A stretch of 32,000 bases of DNA from Halorarius halobius (lineage in GTDB: Archaea; Halobacteriota; Halobacteria; Halobacteriales; Haloarculaceae): contig NZ_CP101161.1 of NCBI RefSeq assembly GCF_024298865.1, positions 175,227 to 207,226 on the forward strand, read 5' to 3'. The notes beneath the pieces are model-generated. The model made no database searches. It was not told the DNA's origin and saw nothing but the letters and a program-made list of their open reading frames with translations. The position numbers and the translations under genes were made by a program. Numbering within the stretch: the first letter of the stretch is position 1; each line of letters opens with the position of its first letter. Shown piece after piece: positions 7,517-16,558 of the stretch.

Positions 7517-10261
7517 TTACGGCCGGCGGCGCGCCGCGATGAGTGCGCCCACCAGTAGCGCGACGACCGCCACACCCACGCCGAAGCCGGGCACCTCGGT
7601 CCGCGTCACCACCGGCGTGATGGTGCCGGTCACCGTCGGGGTCGGACTGGGAGACGGCGTGGCCGTTTTCGTGAGAGACGGGGGCGCCGGCGACGCTGTG
7701 ACCGTCGGGGACGGGGGCGGGCTGGGAGACGGCGTGGCCGTTTTCGTGGGGGACTGAGGCGTCGGCGACGGACTCGACGAGCCGCCACCCGAACTGCGGA
7801 CCTCGACGCTGGTGGTAGCCGCGTCGTCCGCGGACGCGACCTGTGTGCCGTACGTTCCGGCGTCGCCATCGGACGTGGTCCACTCGAGCGTCACGACGGT
7901 CGAACCCCCGCCATCGAGCGTCACCGACTGGCTGTCCCGCTCGATGTCGTCGACCGACAGCGAGACGGTCTGTGTTGCCTGCTCGTCGCCGGTGTTCTCC
8001 ACCGTCGTCGTGACGGTCAGGGTCTCGCCCTCGGTGACGGGCGAACTCGTGTCGTCGATGGTGACCGCGAAGTTGGCCGGGTCCGGAGACGGCGCCGCCT
8101 GCCCGAACCCGCCGAACGTCGAGAACTCCGTGACGTTGGCGCTGATGGTCCGCGCGCCCGTGTCGACGCTCGACCCCTGGAGTTCGGTCCACGACTGGCC
8201 GTCGTGCTCCCAGAGCGACAGCGTCGACTCGTCGACACCCGACGCGTCGGTGCCGCCGTACGCCAGGGAGACGTTCAGGAACGCGTCGCTCGTCAGGTTC
8301 GTCGCGTCGAAGTAGCGGCCGACCGCGGTGGCGTCGGGGTTGGCCGGCGGCGAAGCCACCGAACTGACGACGACGGCACTCGCGGCGAACGAGAGCGTGG
8401 CGTTCGCGGGGCCGTTCGCGCCGATCGTGACCGCCTCGGCGGTCACATCGGTCGGCCCGTCCTGGATTTCGACAGCCCCGCTCTCGGCGGCCGACACCCG
8501 GACCTCGTCGAGCGTGACGTTCGCCGAGTCGCCACGAACCCTGATTGCCGCCGCGCCCCCGTGAGTGTTGTTCAGGGCGTCGACGTCGTGGAATCGTGAA
8601 TCCCTCGTGTGGCGCACGTCGAGGGCCACGACGCGTCCGTCGAGGAAGCTACTGGCGTCGTCACCGTCCACGGGGTTGTTCGAGACGTTCAGTCCGCTGA
8701 TCGAGGCGTTGTCGACCTCGGTGAGCCAGACGAGTCGGACGGTGGATTCCTCGCCGGAGTCGGTCTGCCCCGTGGCGGCAAATCCGGTGACGGTCACGTG
8801 ACTGGAGTCCAGAATACGGAGGGCCTGATCGAGCCCGTCGGTCGCGGTGACGTTCTCGATTCGGACGTCCCGGGCTCCCTCGACCCGGAGTGACGGTCCC
8901 TCGTGACCGTCGGTGATCTCGGTGTCCACGACGCTGACGTTCCGGTGGTCGCCGAGATGGGACCCCACCCTGATCCGCCCGTCCGTCACGGTGGCGTTCG
9001 AGATCGAGACGTTGTGGTACTTCTGAAGCCGGATGTCGCCGCCCTCGATGGTGACGTTCCGGATGGGGAAGCCGTCGTACGTGTCGCTCGACGTGCCCTC
9101 GACGTCGATTGCCCACGACGTGTTGGACACGCGGTTATGTTCGAGACGCGCGGGGTCTACCTCGGGGAGATAGATTCCGGTCACGGGGCCATCGACGTGG
9201 TTTCGGGAAATCGTCGTCCCGGTGGTGTCCAGCAGTTCGATCCCCGACTGAACGAACGAATCGGTGCGCACCAGGTTGTCGGTCAGGCCGACGTTCGTGG
9301 AGCCGTCGAGCAGCACGCCGTCAGTGGTGATGAGGGCGTTGTCGCGTATCGTTCCCCCGTCCGACCGCCGGGCGACGATCCCCTCGTCGGTCGCGTTGGT
9401 GACGTCGTTTCGCGCGACGAGCGCGTTCGGATTCCCCGGACCCGCGCTGTCGTGCGTGAGCCTGATTCCCTGCATGTCGACGCCGACGACCGTGGTGTCC
9501 CTGACGACTGCCCGGGGGGAGTCCCGGACCTTGATGGCCGCGGGGCTTCCGAAGTCGCGTCCCTCCTCGGAGTTGCTTCTGTCGTCGACGGTCACGTTGT
9601 CGACGACCACGTCCGGACTGTACGACGCGGAAATCGCACCTCGCTTTCCCGTGGTCCGTTCGATAGTCACGCCCGAGATGGTAGCGTCGTCCACGCGAAC
9701 AACTGCGACGACGATGTCGTCGATACCCGTCGTGGCCGTCACGTCGGAGATCGTGGAGCCGTTCCCGTACTCGTGGTAGACGTCGGCGCCGTTCCCGGTC
9801 TCCCGCACCACCACGTTCGTCACCACCGAATCGTTGACCCCCCGGAACGCGACCGGCCCTGCCCAGTCAGCGAACTCGACGTTCCGAATCTCGACCCTAT
9901 CGAGCTGATCGGCCGGGTCGGAGCTGGATGTAGCGTCGGTCGTGTTGACGACCTCGATGCCGTGGATTCCGTCGACACCGGACCCGTCCAGGGTGTTGCC
10001 CGCGCCGTCGATGGTCACGTCGCTGCTGTTCACGACGATGCAGGCGTCGTCGGTCAGGTTGTCGGCGTGCGTCGGCCGGACGTCGCCGGTCAGCTGATAC
10101 GTGCCGGACTGGTTGATCTGCACACACGAGTCGATATCCTCGGGCGCCGTGGCGGTTTCCGCGAGCGCGGACGGAACGAGCGTCGCCACGACCAAAACCG
10201 AGAGCAACAAGACGGTCGCTGAGGCGACGGCAGTGAGGAGCCGGAGACGTCGGTCCGTCAT
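7517..10261 (-). CDS. Secreted beta-helix (NosD/CASH-like) surface protein with a C-terminal PGF-CTERM-like anchor
   Basis: Signal peptide MTDRRLRLLTAVASATVLLLSVLVVATLVPSALAETA; repeated beta-helix turns (VDGVTIDGAGNTLDGSG..., RNDVTNATDEGIVARRSDGGTIRDNAL...); CARDB-like domain (TVTTTVENTGDEQATQTVSLSVDD); S/T/P-rich stalk; C-terminus EVPGFGVGVAVVALLVGALIAARRRP. Confidence 0.85.
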   Translation of the reverse strand: MTDRRLRLLTAVASATVLLLSVLVVATLVPSALAETATAPEDIDSCVQINQSGTYQLTGDVRPTHADNLTDDACIVVNSSDVTIDGAGNTLDGSGVDGIHGIEVVNTTDATSSSDPADQLDRVEIRNVEFADWAGPVAFRGVNDSVVTNVVVRETGNGADVYHEYGNGSTISDVTATTGIDDIVVAVVRVDDATISGVTIERTTGKRGAISASYSPDVVVDNVTVDDRSNSEEGRDFGSPAAIKVRDSPRAVVRDTTVVGVDMQGIRLTHDSAGPGNPNALVARNDVTNATDEGIVARRSDGGTIRDNALITTDGVLLDGSTNVGLTDNLVRTDSFVQSGIELLDTTGTTISRNHVDGPVTGIYLPEVDPARLEHNRVSNTSWAIDVEGTSSDTYDGFPIRNVTIEGGDIRLQKYHNVSISNATVTDGRIRVGSHLGDHRNVSVVDTEITDGHEGPSLRVEGARDVRIENVTATDGLDQALRILDSSHVTVTGFAATGQTDSGEESTVRLVWLTEVDNASISGLNVSNNPVDGDDASSFLDGRVVALDVRHTRDSRFHDVDALNNTHGGAAAIRVRGDSANVTLDEVRVSAAESGAVEIQDGPTDVTAEAVTIGANGPANATLSFAASAVVVSSVASPPANPDATAVGRYFDATNLTSDAFLNVSLAYGGTDASGVDESTLSLWEHDGQSWTELQGSSVDTGARTISANVTEFSTFGGFGQAAPSPDPANFAVTIDDTSSPVTEGETLTVTTTVENTGDEQATQTVSLSVDDIERDSQSVTLDGGGSTVVTLEWTTSDGDAGTYGTQVASADDAATTSVEVRSSGGGSSSPSPTPQSPTKTATPSPSPPPSPTVTASPAPPSLTKTATPSPSPTPTVTGTITPVVTRTEVPGFGVGVAVVALLVGALIAARRRP
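7650..7748 (-). repeat. 27-bp direct repeat in the Ser/Thr/Pro stalk
   Basis: CTGGGAGACGGCGTGGCCGTTTTCGTG at 7650-7676 and 7722-7748, 72 nt apart and in frame. Confidence 0.8.
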
Positions 10262-10550
10262 TCGACTGCCCTCGTGAATCGAGGGACCGTTGCATCCGAA
10301 GGACTCCCGGTCCGGTGGACGCGGGACCGCGGTGACACCACCCCGTGGCGACGCTTGAACGCTCCAGTCATTGGGCTGAGTGGGGGTTCCCGGGGTCAAA
10401 TCAAAAAGATGAACTCTACGGAATTATGGTAACTCGTCGGGTACGACTCCACTGGGCTGGAATCACGACGGGGGCCCGCTCCATTCCGGGGCGTCCGAGT
10501 AACACGCCGCACCCGGAACGACTGGCGCCGACCGAACCGCGCGCGATGCG

Positions 10551-11546
10551 TTACGCCGGGTCGACGCGCTCGACCGACCGTATCTCGAGTGTCTCGTCGA
10601 TCGTCACGCGGAGTACCGCAGTCTCGAGCGGGAACTCGATCCGGATACGGAGCGGTTCCCGCGAGACGACCGACTGCGAGATGGACCTGACGTACGGCGC
10701 GTTCCGTCGCGTCAGCTTGCTGAACGGGACGCTGCGGTCGAAGTCGCTGTGCTCGTGGTAGAACGCGATGACGGACGCCTCGGTCAGGAGACTGAACCAC
10801 GGCGGCGACGACCGCCGGTAGGCACACAGTTCGCAGGCGTAGTCGACCCAGACCGAAAAGCGGGTATCACACGACGAACAGAGGCCGTCCTCGCCGACGG
10901 AATGGGAGTCACAGATTCGGATCGAGTGGTCGACCGTCGCGGCACACTCCGGGCAGACGCCGTTCATCATGGGCGTAATCTTCGAATCGTAGAGCACGTG
11001 GGCCGACTCCAGCACCGCCGAGGGCGATCTACCGACCAGCCCCGCCGGCGGGACGCCGTAGCTCATGAACGTGCCGGGGGGATACTCGTCGTTCCCGACG
11101 ACGCCGCCACACGACGTACACCGGACGGTCAACTGGTCGTCGTGGTAGCGCATCTCGATCGACCCGTCGCAGTAGGGACAGCCGGAGTCGACCGCCAGCC
11201 AGTCGAGCGACGCCCCCTCGGAGAACAGTCCGGCGACGATCGACCGCATCACGGTCTCGCCCGCGTAGCGCAGGGCGTAGCCGTCGTCGGACCGCCGGAC
11301 GAAGTGGCCGACGAGTTGGTCGAGGTGGTACGCGAAGTTGTCCGTTTCGACGGCGGTCTCGCGCTCGAGTTCGGCGAACGGTAGCGGCTCCTCGTCGGTG
11401 TTCCAGAGGGCCCGTAGGATGGACAGGCGCGTCCGGTTCCCCAGGACGCGGAACGCGTCGTCAGGCGAGACGGTCCGCGGGTCGAACGGCTCCTTGAGTG
11501 CGTCGCTGTCGGCCGGTCTGCCGTCTCTATCGTCTGGGTCGGTCAT
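10551..11546 (-). CDS. ArsR/winged-helix transcriptional regulator with several C-terminal zinc-ribbon motifs
   Basis: [33 protein letters not shown]...[14 protein letters not shown], followed by CPYC...CTSCGG, CPEC...C, CSSC...CELC pairs. Confidence 0.85.
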   Translation of the reverse strand: MTDPDDRDGRPADSDALKEPFDPRTVSPDDAFRVLGNRTRLSILRALWNTDEEPLPFAELERETAVETDNFAYHLDQLVGHFVRRSDDGYALRYAGETVMRSIVAGLFSEGASLDWLAVDSGCPYCDGSIEMRYHDDQLTVRCTSCGGVVGNDEYPPGTFMSYGVPPAGLVGRSPSAVLESAHVLYDSKITPMMNGVCPECAATVDHSIRICDSHSVGEDGLCSSCDTRFSVWVDYACELCAYRRSSPPWFSLLTEASVIAFYHEHSDFDRSVPFSKLTRRNAPYVRSISQSVVSREPLRIRIEFPLETAVLRVTIDETLEIRSVERVDPA

Positions 11547-11708
11547 CGGCGGTCGGCCTCCATTCGAGCCTCCTCTGGGTCGCGTTCACCGCCGAGATGT
11601 GGACCATCACCTCACTGCCAGACCGCTCCTGACCGACTCGGACCCCCCACCCCGACGCGTGCACCATGCAGTGCGGCGAGGCGGCTTAAGTATTCGGGGC
11701 TGATAGGT

Positions 11709-11730
11709 CGGGCGGAGTACCCTCCGCCCG
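11709..11730. repeat. Perfect 9-bp hairpin in the 11547-11792 divergent intergenic region
   Basis: CGGGCGGAG-TACC-CTCCGCCCG. Confidence 0.6.
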
Positions 11731-11792
11731 CGGATGGGGGTGAGACGCCCGGCTTCAGAAACCCCTTTACCGACGGGTTCGAACCCGGACCC

Positions 11793-13580
11793 ATGTACCT
11801 CCAGTTCCGGGCGGACGTCGAGGCCGCCCTCCGCGACGCCCTCGAGGCGGCCGGCTATCCGACCGACGACCTCGGCATCGAACAGCCCCCCGAAGGGGTC
11901 GACGCGGTGCTTGCTTCCTCGGCCGCGTACCGCCTCGCCTCGGAGGCGGGCGCGCCGCCGCCACAGGTTGCCGCCGAACTCGCCGACGCACTCGACCTCT
12001 CGGAGTACGAGTACGTCGCCCGCGCCGACGCGCAGGGGCCGTACGTCAACTTCCACCCCGGCGAGGCGTACTTCGGCGCGGCGCTGTCCGTCCGCGAGGA
12101 CGCCGGCCGCCTCGACCCGACGGGTGAATCGGTCGTCGTCGAACACACCTCGGCCAACCCGACGGGGCCGGTCCACGTCGGCCGGGCGCGCAACCCAATC
12201 CTCGGGGACGCGGTGGCGAACGTACTGGAGTACGCCGGCAACGACGTGGAGCGCCACTACTACGTCAACGACGCCGGCCGGCAGATGGCCGTGTTCACGT
12301 GGGCCTACGAGACGTTCGAGGAGGAGGACCTCCCCGAACCGGAGCGGGACCGCATCGAGTACGACCTCGTGCGCTACTACCGGAAGGGCAACGAGTTCCT
12401 GGAGAACGCGGAACCGTCGGCCGTCGAGGCCGCGGAGGCCGAAATCGAGTCGATAATGCAGGGGCTCGAAGCCGGCGACGAGGAGACGTACGAGCGCGTG
12501 GGCGAGGTGGTCGACCAGGTGCTCGCGGGGATGACGGAGTGTCTCGCGCGTCTCCCCGCGGCGTTCGACGAGTTCGTCAAGGAGACGCGGTTCATGCGCG
12601 ACGGCTCCACGGACGACGTCGTCTCGCGGCTGAAAGACCTCGACGAGGCCGTCTACGAGGAGGACGCGTGGCAACTCGACCTCCCGAACTTCGAGAAGAA
12701 CCTCGTCTTCCTGCGGTCGGACGGGACGAGCCTCTACACTACCCGCGATTTGGCCCACCACGAGTGGAAGTTCGACAACTACGACCGGGCCGTCACCGTC
12801 CTCGGCGAGGACCACAAACTGCAGGCCGGGCAACTACGGGAGGCGCTGGACCTGCTCGGCAACGACACGAGCCAACTGGAGAGCGTCATCTACTCGTACG
12901 TCAACCTCCCCGAGGGGAAGATGTCGACCCGCGCGGGGACGGGCGTGGACCTCGACGACCTGCTCGACGAGGCCATCGCTCGCGCCCGCGAGGAGGTCGA
13001 GACCCGGCTCGACGACCGCATCCGCGACGACGACCTGACCGACGAGGACGTCGAGCGCATCGCCCACCAGGTCGGCATCGGCGCCGTCCGCTACGACATC
13101 GTCTCGAAACAGCCGACGAAGGCCATCACCTTCGAGTGGTCTCGTGCGCTCGATTTCGAAGCGCAGTCGGCACCGTACGTCCAGTACGTCCACGCGCGGT
13201 GCTGTGGCATCCTGGACGAGGCGCGGAGCGGCTCGGAACCCGCAAGCGGCGGCGAGCCGCGAGCAGACGAGGCCGGCGCGGTGCCCGAGGGCGTCGACGT
13301 CTCCCTCCTCGATGCGCCCGAGGAGCGGGACCTCCTGCGGGTCATCGCGCGGTTCCCCGGCGTCGTCGAGTCGGCCGCCGACGAACTCGAACCCCACCGC
13401 GTCGCCACCTACACCCGCGAGTTCGCGGAGATGTTCAACGCGTTCTACCGCGAGTGTCCCGTCCTCGCGGCCGACGACCCCGAACTTCGGCAGGCACGGG
13501 TGGCGCTGGTGGCGGCCGCGCGCCACACCATCGCCAACGCGCTGGACATCCTCGGCGTCGAGGCGCCGAACTCGATGTGA
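11793..13580 (+). CDS. argS: Arginyl-tRNA synthetase
   Basis: [46 protein letters not shown]; [14 protein letters not shown]; VLGEDHKLQ; C-terminal anticodon-binding region [24 protein letters not shown]...[14 protein letters not shown]. Leaderless-type TATA (CTTTAC) about 27 nt upstream. Confidence 0.96.
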   Translation: MYLQFRADVEAALRDALEAAGYPTDDLGIEQPPEGVDAVLASSAAYRLASEAGAPPPQVAAELADALDLSEYEYVARADAQGPYVNFHPGEAYFGAALSVREDAGRLDPTGESVVVEHTSANPTGPVHVGRARNPILGDAVANVLEYAGNDVERHYYVNDAGRQMAVFTWAYETFEEEDLPEPERDRIEYDLVRYYRKGNEFLENAEPSAVEAAEAEIESIMQGLEAGDEETYERVGEVVDQVLAGMTECLARLPAAFDEFVKETRFMRDGSTDDVVSRLKDLDEAVYEEDAWQLDLPNFEKNLVFLRSDGTSLYTTRDLAHHEWKFDNYDRAVTVLGEDHKLQAGQLREALDLLGNDTSQLESVIYSYVNLPEGKMSTRAGTGVDLDDLLDEAIARAREEVETRLDDRIRDDDLTDEDVERIAHQVGIGAVRYDIVSKQPTKAITFEWSRALDFEAQSAPYVQYVHARCCGILDEARSGSEPASGGEPRADEAGAVPEGVDVSLLDAPEERDLLRVIARFPGVVESAADELEPHRVATYTREFAEMFNAFYRECPVLAADDPELRQARVALVAAARHTIANALDILGVEAPNSM

Positions 13581-13583
13581 CGC

Positions 13584-13736
13584 TCAGCCGAGAAGCGGCG
13601 TGAGGACGCCGGCACCACCGGCGACGAGGCCCCCGCCGACGGCGACGATGACGGCCGCTCCGAGGCCCAGAACCAGAAGCAGGAAGACGACGATCCACGA
13701 GAGCGGTACTGACGAGTCCGTCTCTGCGTTGCTCAT
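13584..13736 (-). CDS. Small membrane protein, 50 aa (absent from the supplied ORF track)
   Basis: Manual translation MSNAETDSSVPLSWIVVFLLLVLGLGAAVIVAVGGGLVAGGAGVLTPLLG*. Strongly hydrophobic centre; reverse-strand TATA-like CGTTTAACC about 26 nt upstream (13758-13765); fits exactly in the gap between argS and the MinD-like gene. Confidence 0.65.
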   Translation of the reverse strand: MSNAETDSSVPLSWIVVFLLLVLGLGAAVIVAVGGGLVAGGAGVLTPLLG

Positions 13737-13766
13737 ACCGGTGGGTTGCTCCGCGGCGGTTAAACG

Positions 13767-14675
13767 TTAGCGAAAGCGATCAGCGAGGCGCCCGAGTACG
13801 CCGCCGTCGTCCGCTTCCTCGTCCGCATGCGCGTCGGCCGGCGCGTCGCCGCCGTCGCCGTCGGCCGCCACGGCCTGCTGTTTCCAGTGGTCGTCGGCGC
13901 CGTCCGACTCCCAGTCGCGGACCGCGTCGGCGAGTCGCCCGTACGCGAGCGCGGCGGGCATCTCCGGCGCGGTAAACGCAACGGGCTCCACGGCCGGGGG
14001 CCGGTCGTCGTCCGGGACGACCGCGAGCACGTCGACGCCGAGTTGGTCGGCGAACGCCGTCACGTCGGCGTGTTCCGGGGCGCGGTTGAGCACCGCGCCG
14101 ACGACGCCGAGCCCCTCCTCGCGGCAGGCCGCGATTCCCTGCCGGCCCGTCTCCACCGCCTCGTCGCGGGTGTCGGTCACCGCGAGGACGCCGTCGAGAA
14201 ACGCCGCGACGGCGGAGCCGAGCGTCCCCGCGTCGGCGATGAGATAGTCGTAGGCGAACGCGAGGTCGCCACGGACGTCCGACAGCGACTCCGCGTCGGC
14301 GTCGCCGAACGCCGACCGCTCGCCGCCGACCACCACCGGAAGCTCACCCGGTTCCGCCTCGCCGGGGTCGAGGTCGTCCCCTCCCGACCGGAACGCAGTC
14401 TCGTCGCGCCGCTGTGCGTCGATGTACGCCTCGAGCGCGTCGTCGACGTCGCCGTGCGGGAGCCGAACCGTCGCCGTCGCCCCGGAGACGCTGGCGTCGC
14501 CCCGGACCGCCGCGGCGAGGGTCGCGTCCGTCGTCACGTCGAACCACTCGGCGGCGTCGCCGGTGGCGTCGAGGATGGCCGCGTGATGGCCCTCACGCCG
14601 GAGCGCGGCCGCGAGATCGACGGCCGTGGTCGTCGTCCCCGTGTCGGCGGCGCCGACGACCCCGAGTACCTCCAT
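13767..14675 (-). CDS. MinD/ParA-like protein with degenerate P-loop and C-terminal amphipathic tail
   Basis: MEVLGVVGAADTGTTTTAVDLAAALRREGHHAAILDATGD...; YDYLIADAGT; GVLAVTDTRDEAVETGRQGIAACREEGLGVVGAVLNRA; C-terminus GVLGRLADRFR. Start trimmed to 14675, with TATA-like GATTTTTACG about 27 nt upstream. Confidence 0.75.
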   Translation of the reverse strand: MEVLGVVGAADTGTTTTAVDLAAALRREGHHAAILDATGDAAEWFDVTTDATLAAAVRGDASVSGATATVRLPHGDVDDALEAYIDAQRRDETAFRSGGDDLDPGEAEPGELPVVVGGERSAFGDADAESLSDVRGDLAFAYDYLIADAGTLGSAVAAFLDGVLAVTDTRDEAVETGRQGIAACREEGLGVVGAVLNRAPEHADVTAFADQLGVDVLAVVPDDDRPPAVEPVAFTAPEMPAALAYGRLADAVRDWESDGADDHWKQQAVAADGDGGDAPADAHADEEADDGGVLGRLADRFR

Positions 14676-14840
14676 GTCCGATGCTGTGGGGGAACGAACG
14701 TAAAAATCCCCCGTCGATAACCGGCGTCGAACCCCGGTATTTCGGGCGGTTCGACCCCGTCTCCGGGACGTCGTCGCCACGTTCGGCCGCGGTCGGGGAG
14801 CCTCAGGGCGGAGTGACACCGACGCTCACGCGGTCAACAC

Positions 14841-14850
14841 TTACTTACCT
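14841..14850 (+). promoter_or_regulatory. Putative prf1 TATA box
   Basis: TTACTTACCT about 27 nt upstream of the ATG at 14872. Confidence 0.45.
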
Positions 14851-14871
14851 CCCATAGGCTTAGCCCCGCCA

Positions 14872-16122
14872 ATGAGTCAACAGCAGGACGAACAGTCGGA
14901 CAAACAGAAGTACGAGTTCCGACGCGTCATCGAGGAGCTACAGGAGTACTCGGGATCAGGAACGCAACTGGTCAGCATCTACGTCCCGGAGGACCGACAG
15001 ATATCGGACGTCGCCGCCCACATCACCCAGGAGCACTCCGAGGCGTCGAACATCAAGTCGAAGCAGACCCGCACCGCCGTCCAGGACGCGCTCACGTCGC
15101 TGAAGGACCGCCTGAAGTACTACAAGACGCCGCCGGAGAACGGGATGGTCCTCTTTTCGGGCGCCATCGACGCCGGCGGCGGCCAGACCGACATGGTGAC
15201 GAAGGTGCTGGAGTCGCCGCCGGACCCCGTCGAGTCGTTCCGCTACCACTGCGACTCGGCGTTCCTCACCGAACCGCTGGAGCACATGCTCGCGGACAAG
15301 GGCCTGTTCGGGCTCATCGTCCTCGACCGCCGCGAGGCCAACGTCGGCTGGCTGAAGGGCAAGCGGGTCGAACCCGTCAAGTCCGCCTCCTCGCTCGTGC
15401 CGGGCAAACAGCGGAAAGGTGGCCAGTCCGCACAGCGGTTCGCGCGCCTGCGGCTCGAGGCCATCGACAACTTCTACCAGGAGGTCGCGGAGATGGCCGA
15501 CGACCTGTTCGTCCCGGAGCGCCACGAACTCGACGGCATCCTCGTGGGCGGCCCCTCGCCGACGAAAGACGAGTTCCTCGACGGCGACTACCTCCACCAC
15601 GAACTCCAGGACCTCGTGCTCGGCAAGTTCGACGTCTCCTACACCGACGAGTCCGGCCTCTACGACCTCGTCGACGCCGCCGAGGACGTGCTCGCCGAGA
15701 CGGAGGTGATGAAGGACAAACAGCAGATGGAGGAGTTCTTCAAGGAGCTCCACGACGGCGAGAAGGCCACCTACGGGTTCGAGCAGACCCGCCAGAACCT
15801 CGTGATGGGCTCCGTCGACCGCCTGCTGCTCTCGGAGGACCTGCGGAGCGACGTCGTCACCTACGAGTGCGAGAACGGCCACGAGGAGCGCGAGGTCGTC
15901 GACCGCCGGAAGAACACGCCCGAGCACGACTGCACGGAGTGCGGGGCGACCGTCTCGGCCGAAGAGGCCGAGCGCGAGGACGTCATCGACCACCTCATCG
16001 ACATCGCCGAGCAACGCGGCACGGAGGCGAAGTTCATCTCCACCGACTTCGAGAAAGGCGAGCAACTGCTGACCGCGTTCGGCGGCGTCGCCGGCATCCT
16101 GCGGTACTCGACCGGAGTGTAA
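14872..16122 (+). CDS. prf1: Peptide chain release factor aRF1
   Basis: YEFRRVIEELQEYSGSGTQLVSIYVP, NIKSKQTRTAVQDAL (NIKS decoding motif), GKRVEPVKSASSLVPGKQRKGGQSAQRF (GGQ motif). Confidence 0.97.
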   Translation: MSQQQDEQSDKQKYEFRRVIEELQEYSGSGTQLVSIYVPEDRQISDVAAHITQEHSEASNIKSKQTRTAVQDALTSLKDRLKYYKTPPENGMVLFSGAIDAGGGQTDMVTKVLESPPDPVESFRYHCDSAFLTEPLEHMLADKGLFGLIVLDRREANVGWLKGKRVEPVKSASSLVPGKQRKGGQSAQRFARLRLEAIDNFYQEVAEMADDLFVPERHELDGILVGGPSPTKDEFLDGDYLHHELQDLVLGKFDVSYTDESGLYDLVDAAEDVLAETEVMKDKQQMEEFFKELHDGEKATYGFEQTRQNLVMGSVDRLLLSEDLRSDVVTYECENGHEEREVVDRRKNTPEHDCTECGATVSAEEAEREDVIDHLIDIAEQRGTEAKFISTDFEKGEQLLTAFGGVAGILRYSTGV

Positions 16123-16180
16123 CGACCCTGTTTCTCGGCGAATCCGAAGCGCCCTTCCCCGCCCGCGTCGACCCGCGAGT

Positions 16181-16558
16181 ATGGACTGTCCCCACTGCGG
16201 TGGCCCGATGGTCACCTACGCCGTCCCCGAGTCGCTCCGCGAGTACGTCGACCACGACCACGCCGCCACCTGCACCCGGTGTCTCGCGCTCGAACCCGCT
16301 GAGTCGGGCGGCGACCCCGACTTCTCGCGGGTCTCCGACGAGTTCCCCGAGGGGACCGGCGGCGCGGCGATGGCGCTCGCGCTCGGCATGTTGGACTCGC
16401 TGGCGCTCAACCGCGCGAACATCGAGGGGCTGGTCACGGCCGCCGAACAGGAGGGCGTCGACCCCCTGTTGCTCGTGGACCGCCTCCGCTCGCAAGGGAA
16501 CGTCCGCCTCCACTTCGACGTGGAGCGGCGCCGCCACCAACTGGAGCAGTTGCTGTAG
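16181..16558 (+). CDS. Small uncharacterised protein with N-terminal zinc-ribbon motif
   Basis: MDCPHCGGPMVTYAVP...HAATCTRCLALEP, then a helical C-terminal region. I believe this resembles a haloarchaeal DUF family but cannot confirm which one. Confidence 0.75.
   Translation: MDCPHCGGPMVTYAVPESLREYVDHDHAATCTRCLALEPAESGGDPDFSRVSDEFPEGTGGAAMALALGMLDSLALNRANIEGLVTAAEQEGVDPLLLVDRLRSQGNVRLHFDVERRRHQLEQLL

Noticed and set aside
7650-7748. CRISPR-like or mobile repeat
   Set aside because: The two 27-bp copies are in the coding sequence of the surface protein stalk and in frame; they are explained by Ser/Thr/Pro repeat expansion.
11612-11794. 60-aa minus-strand ORF in the regulator/argS intergenic region
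   Set aside because: No promoter or motif support; overlaps the argS promoter region.
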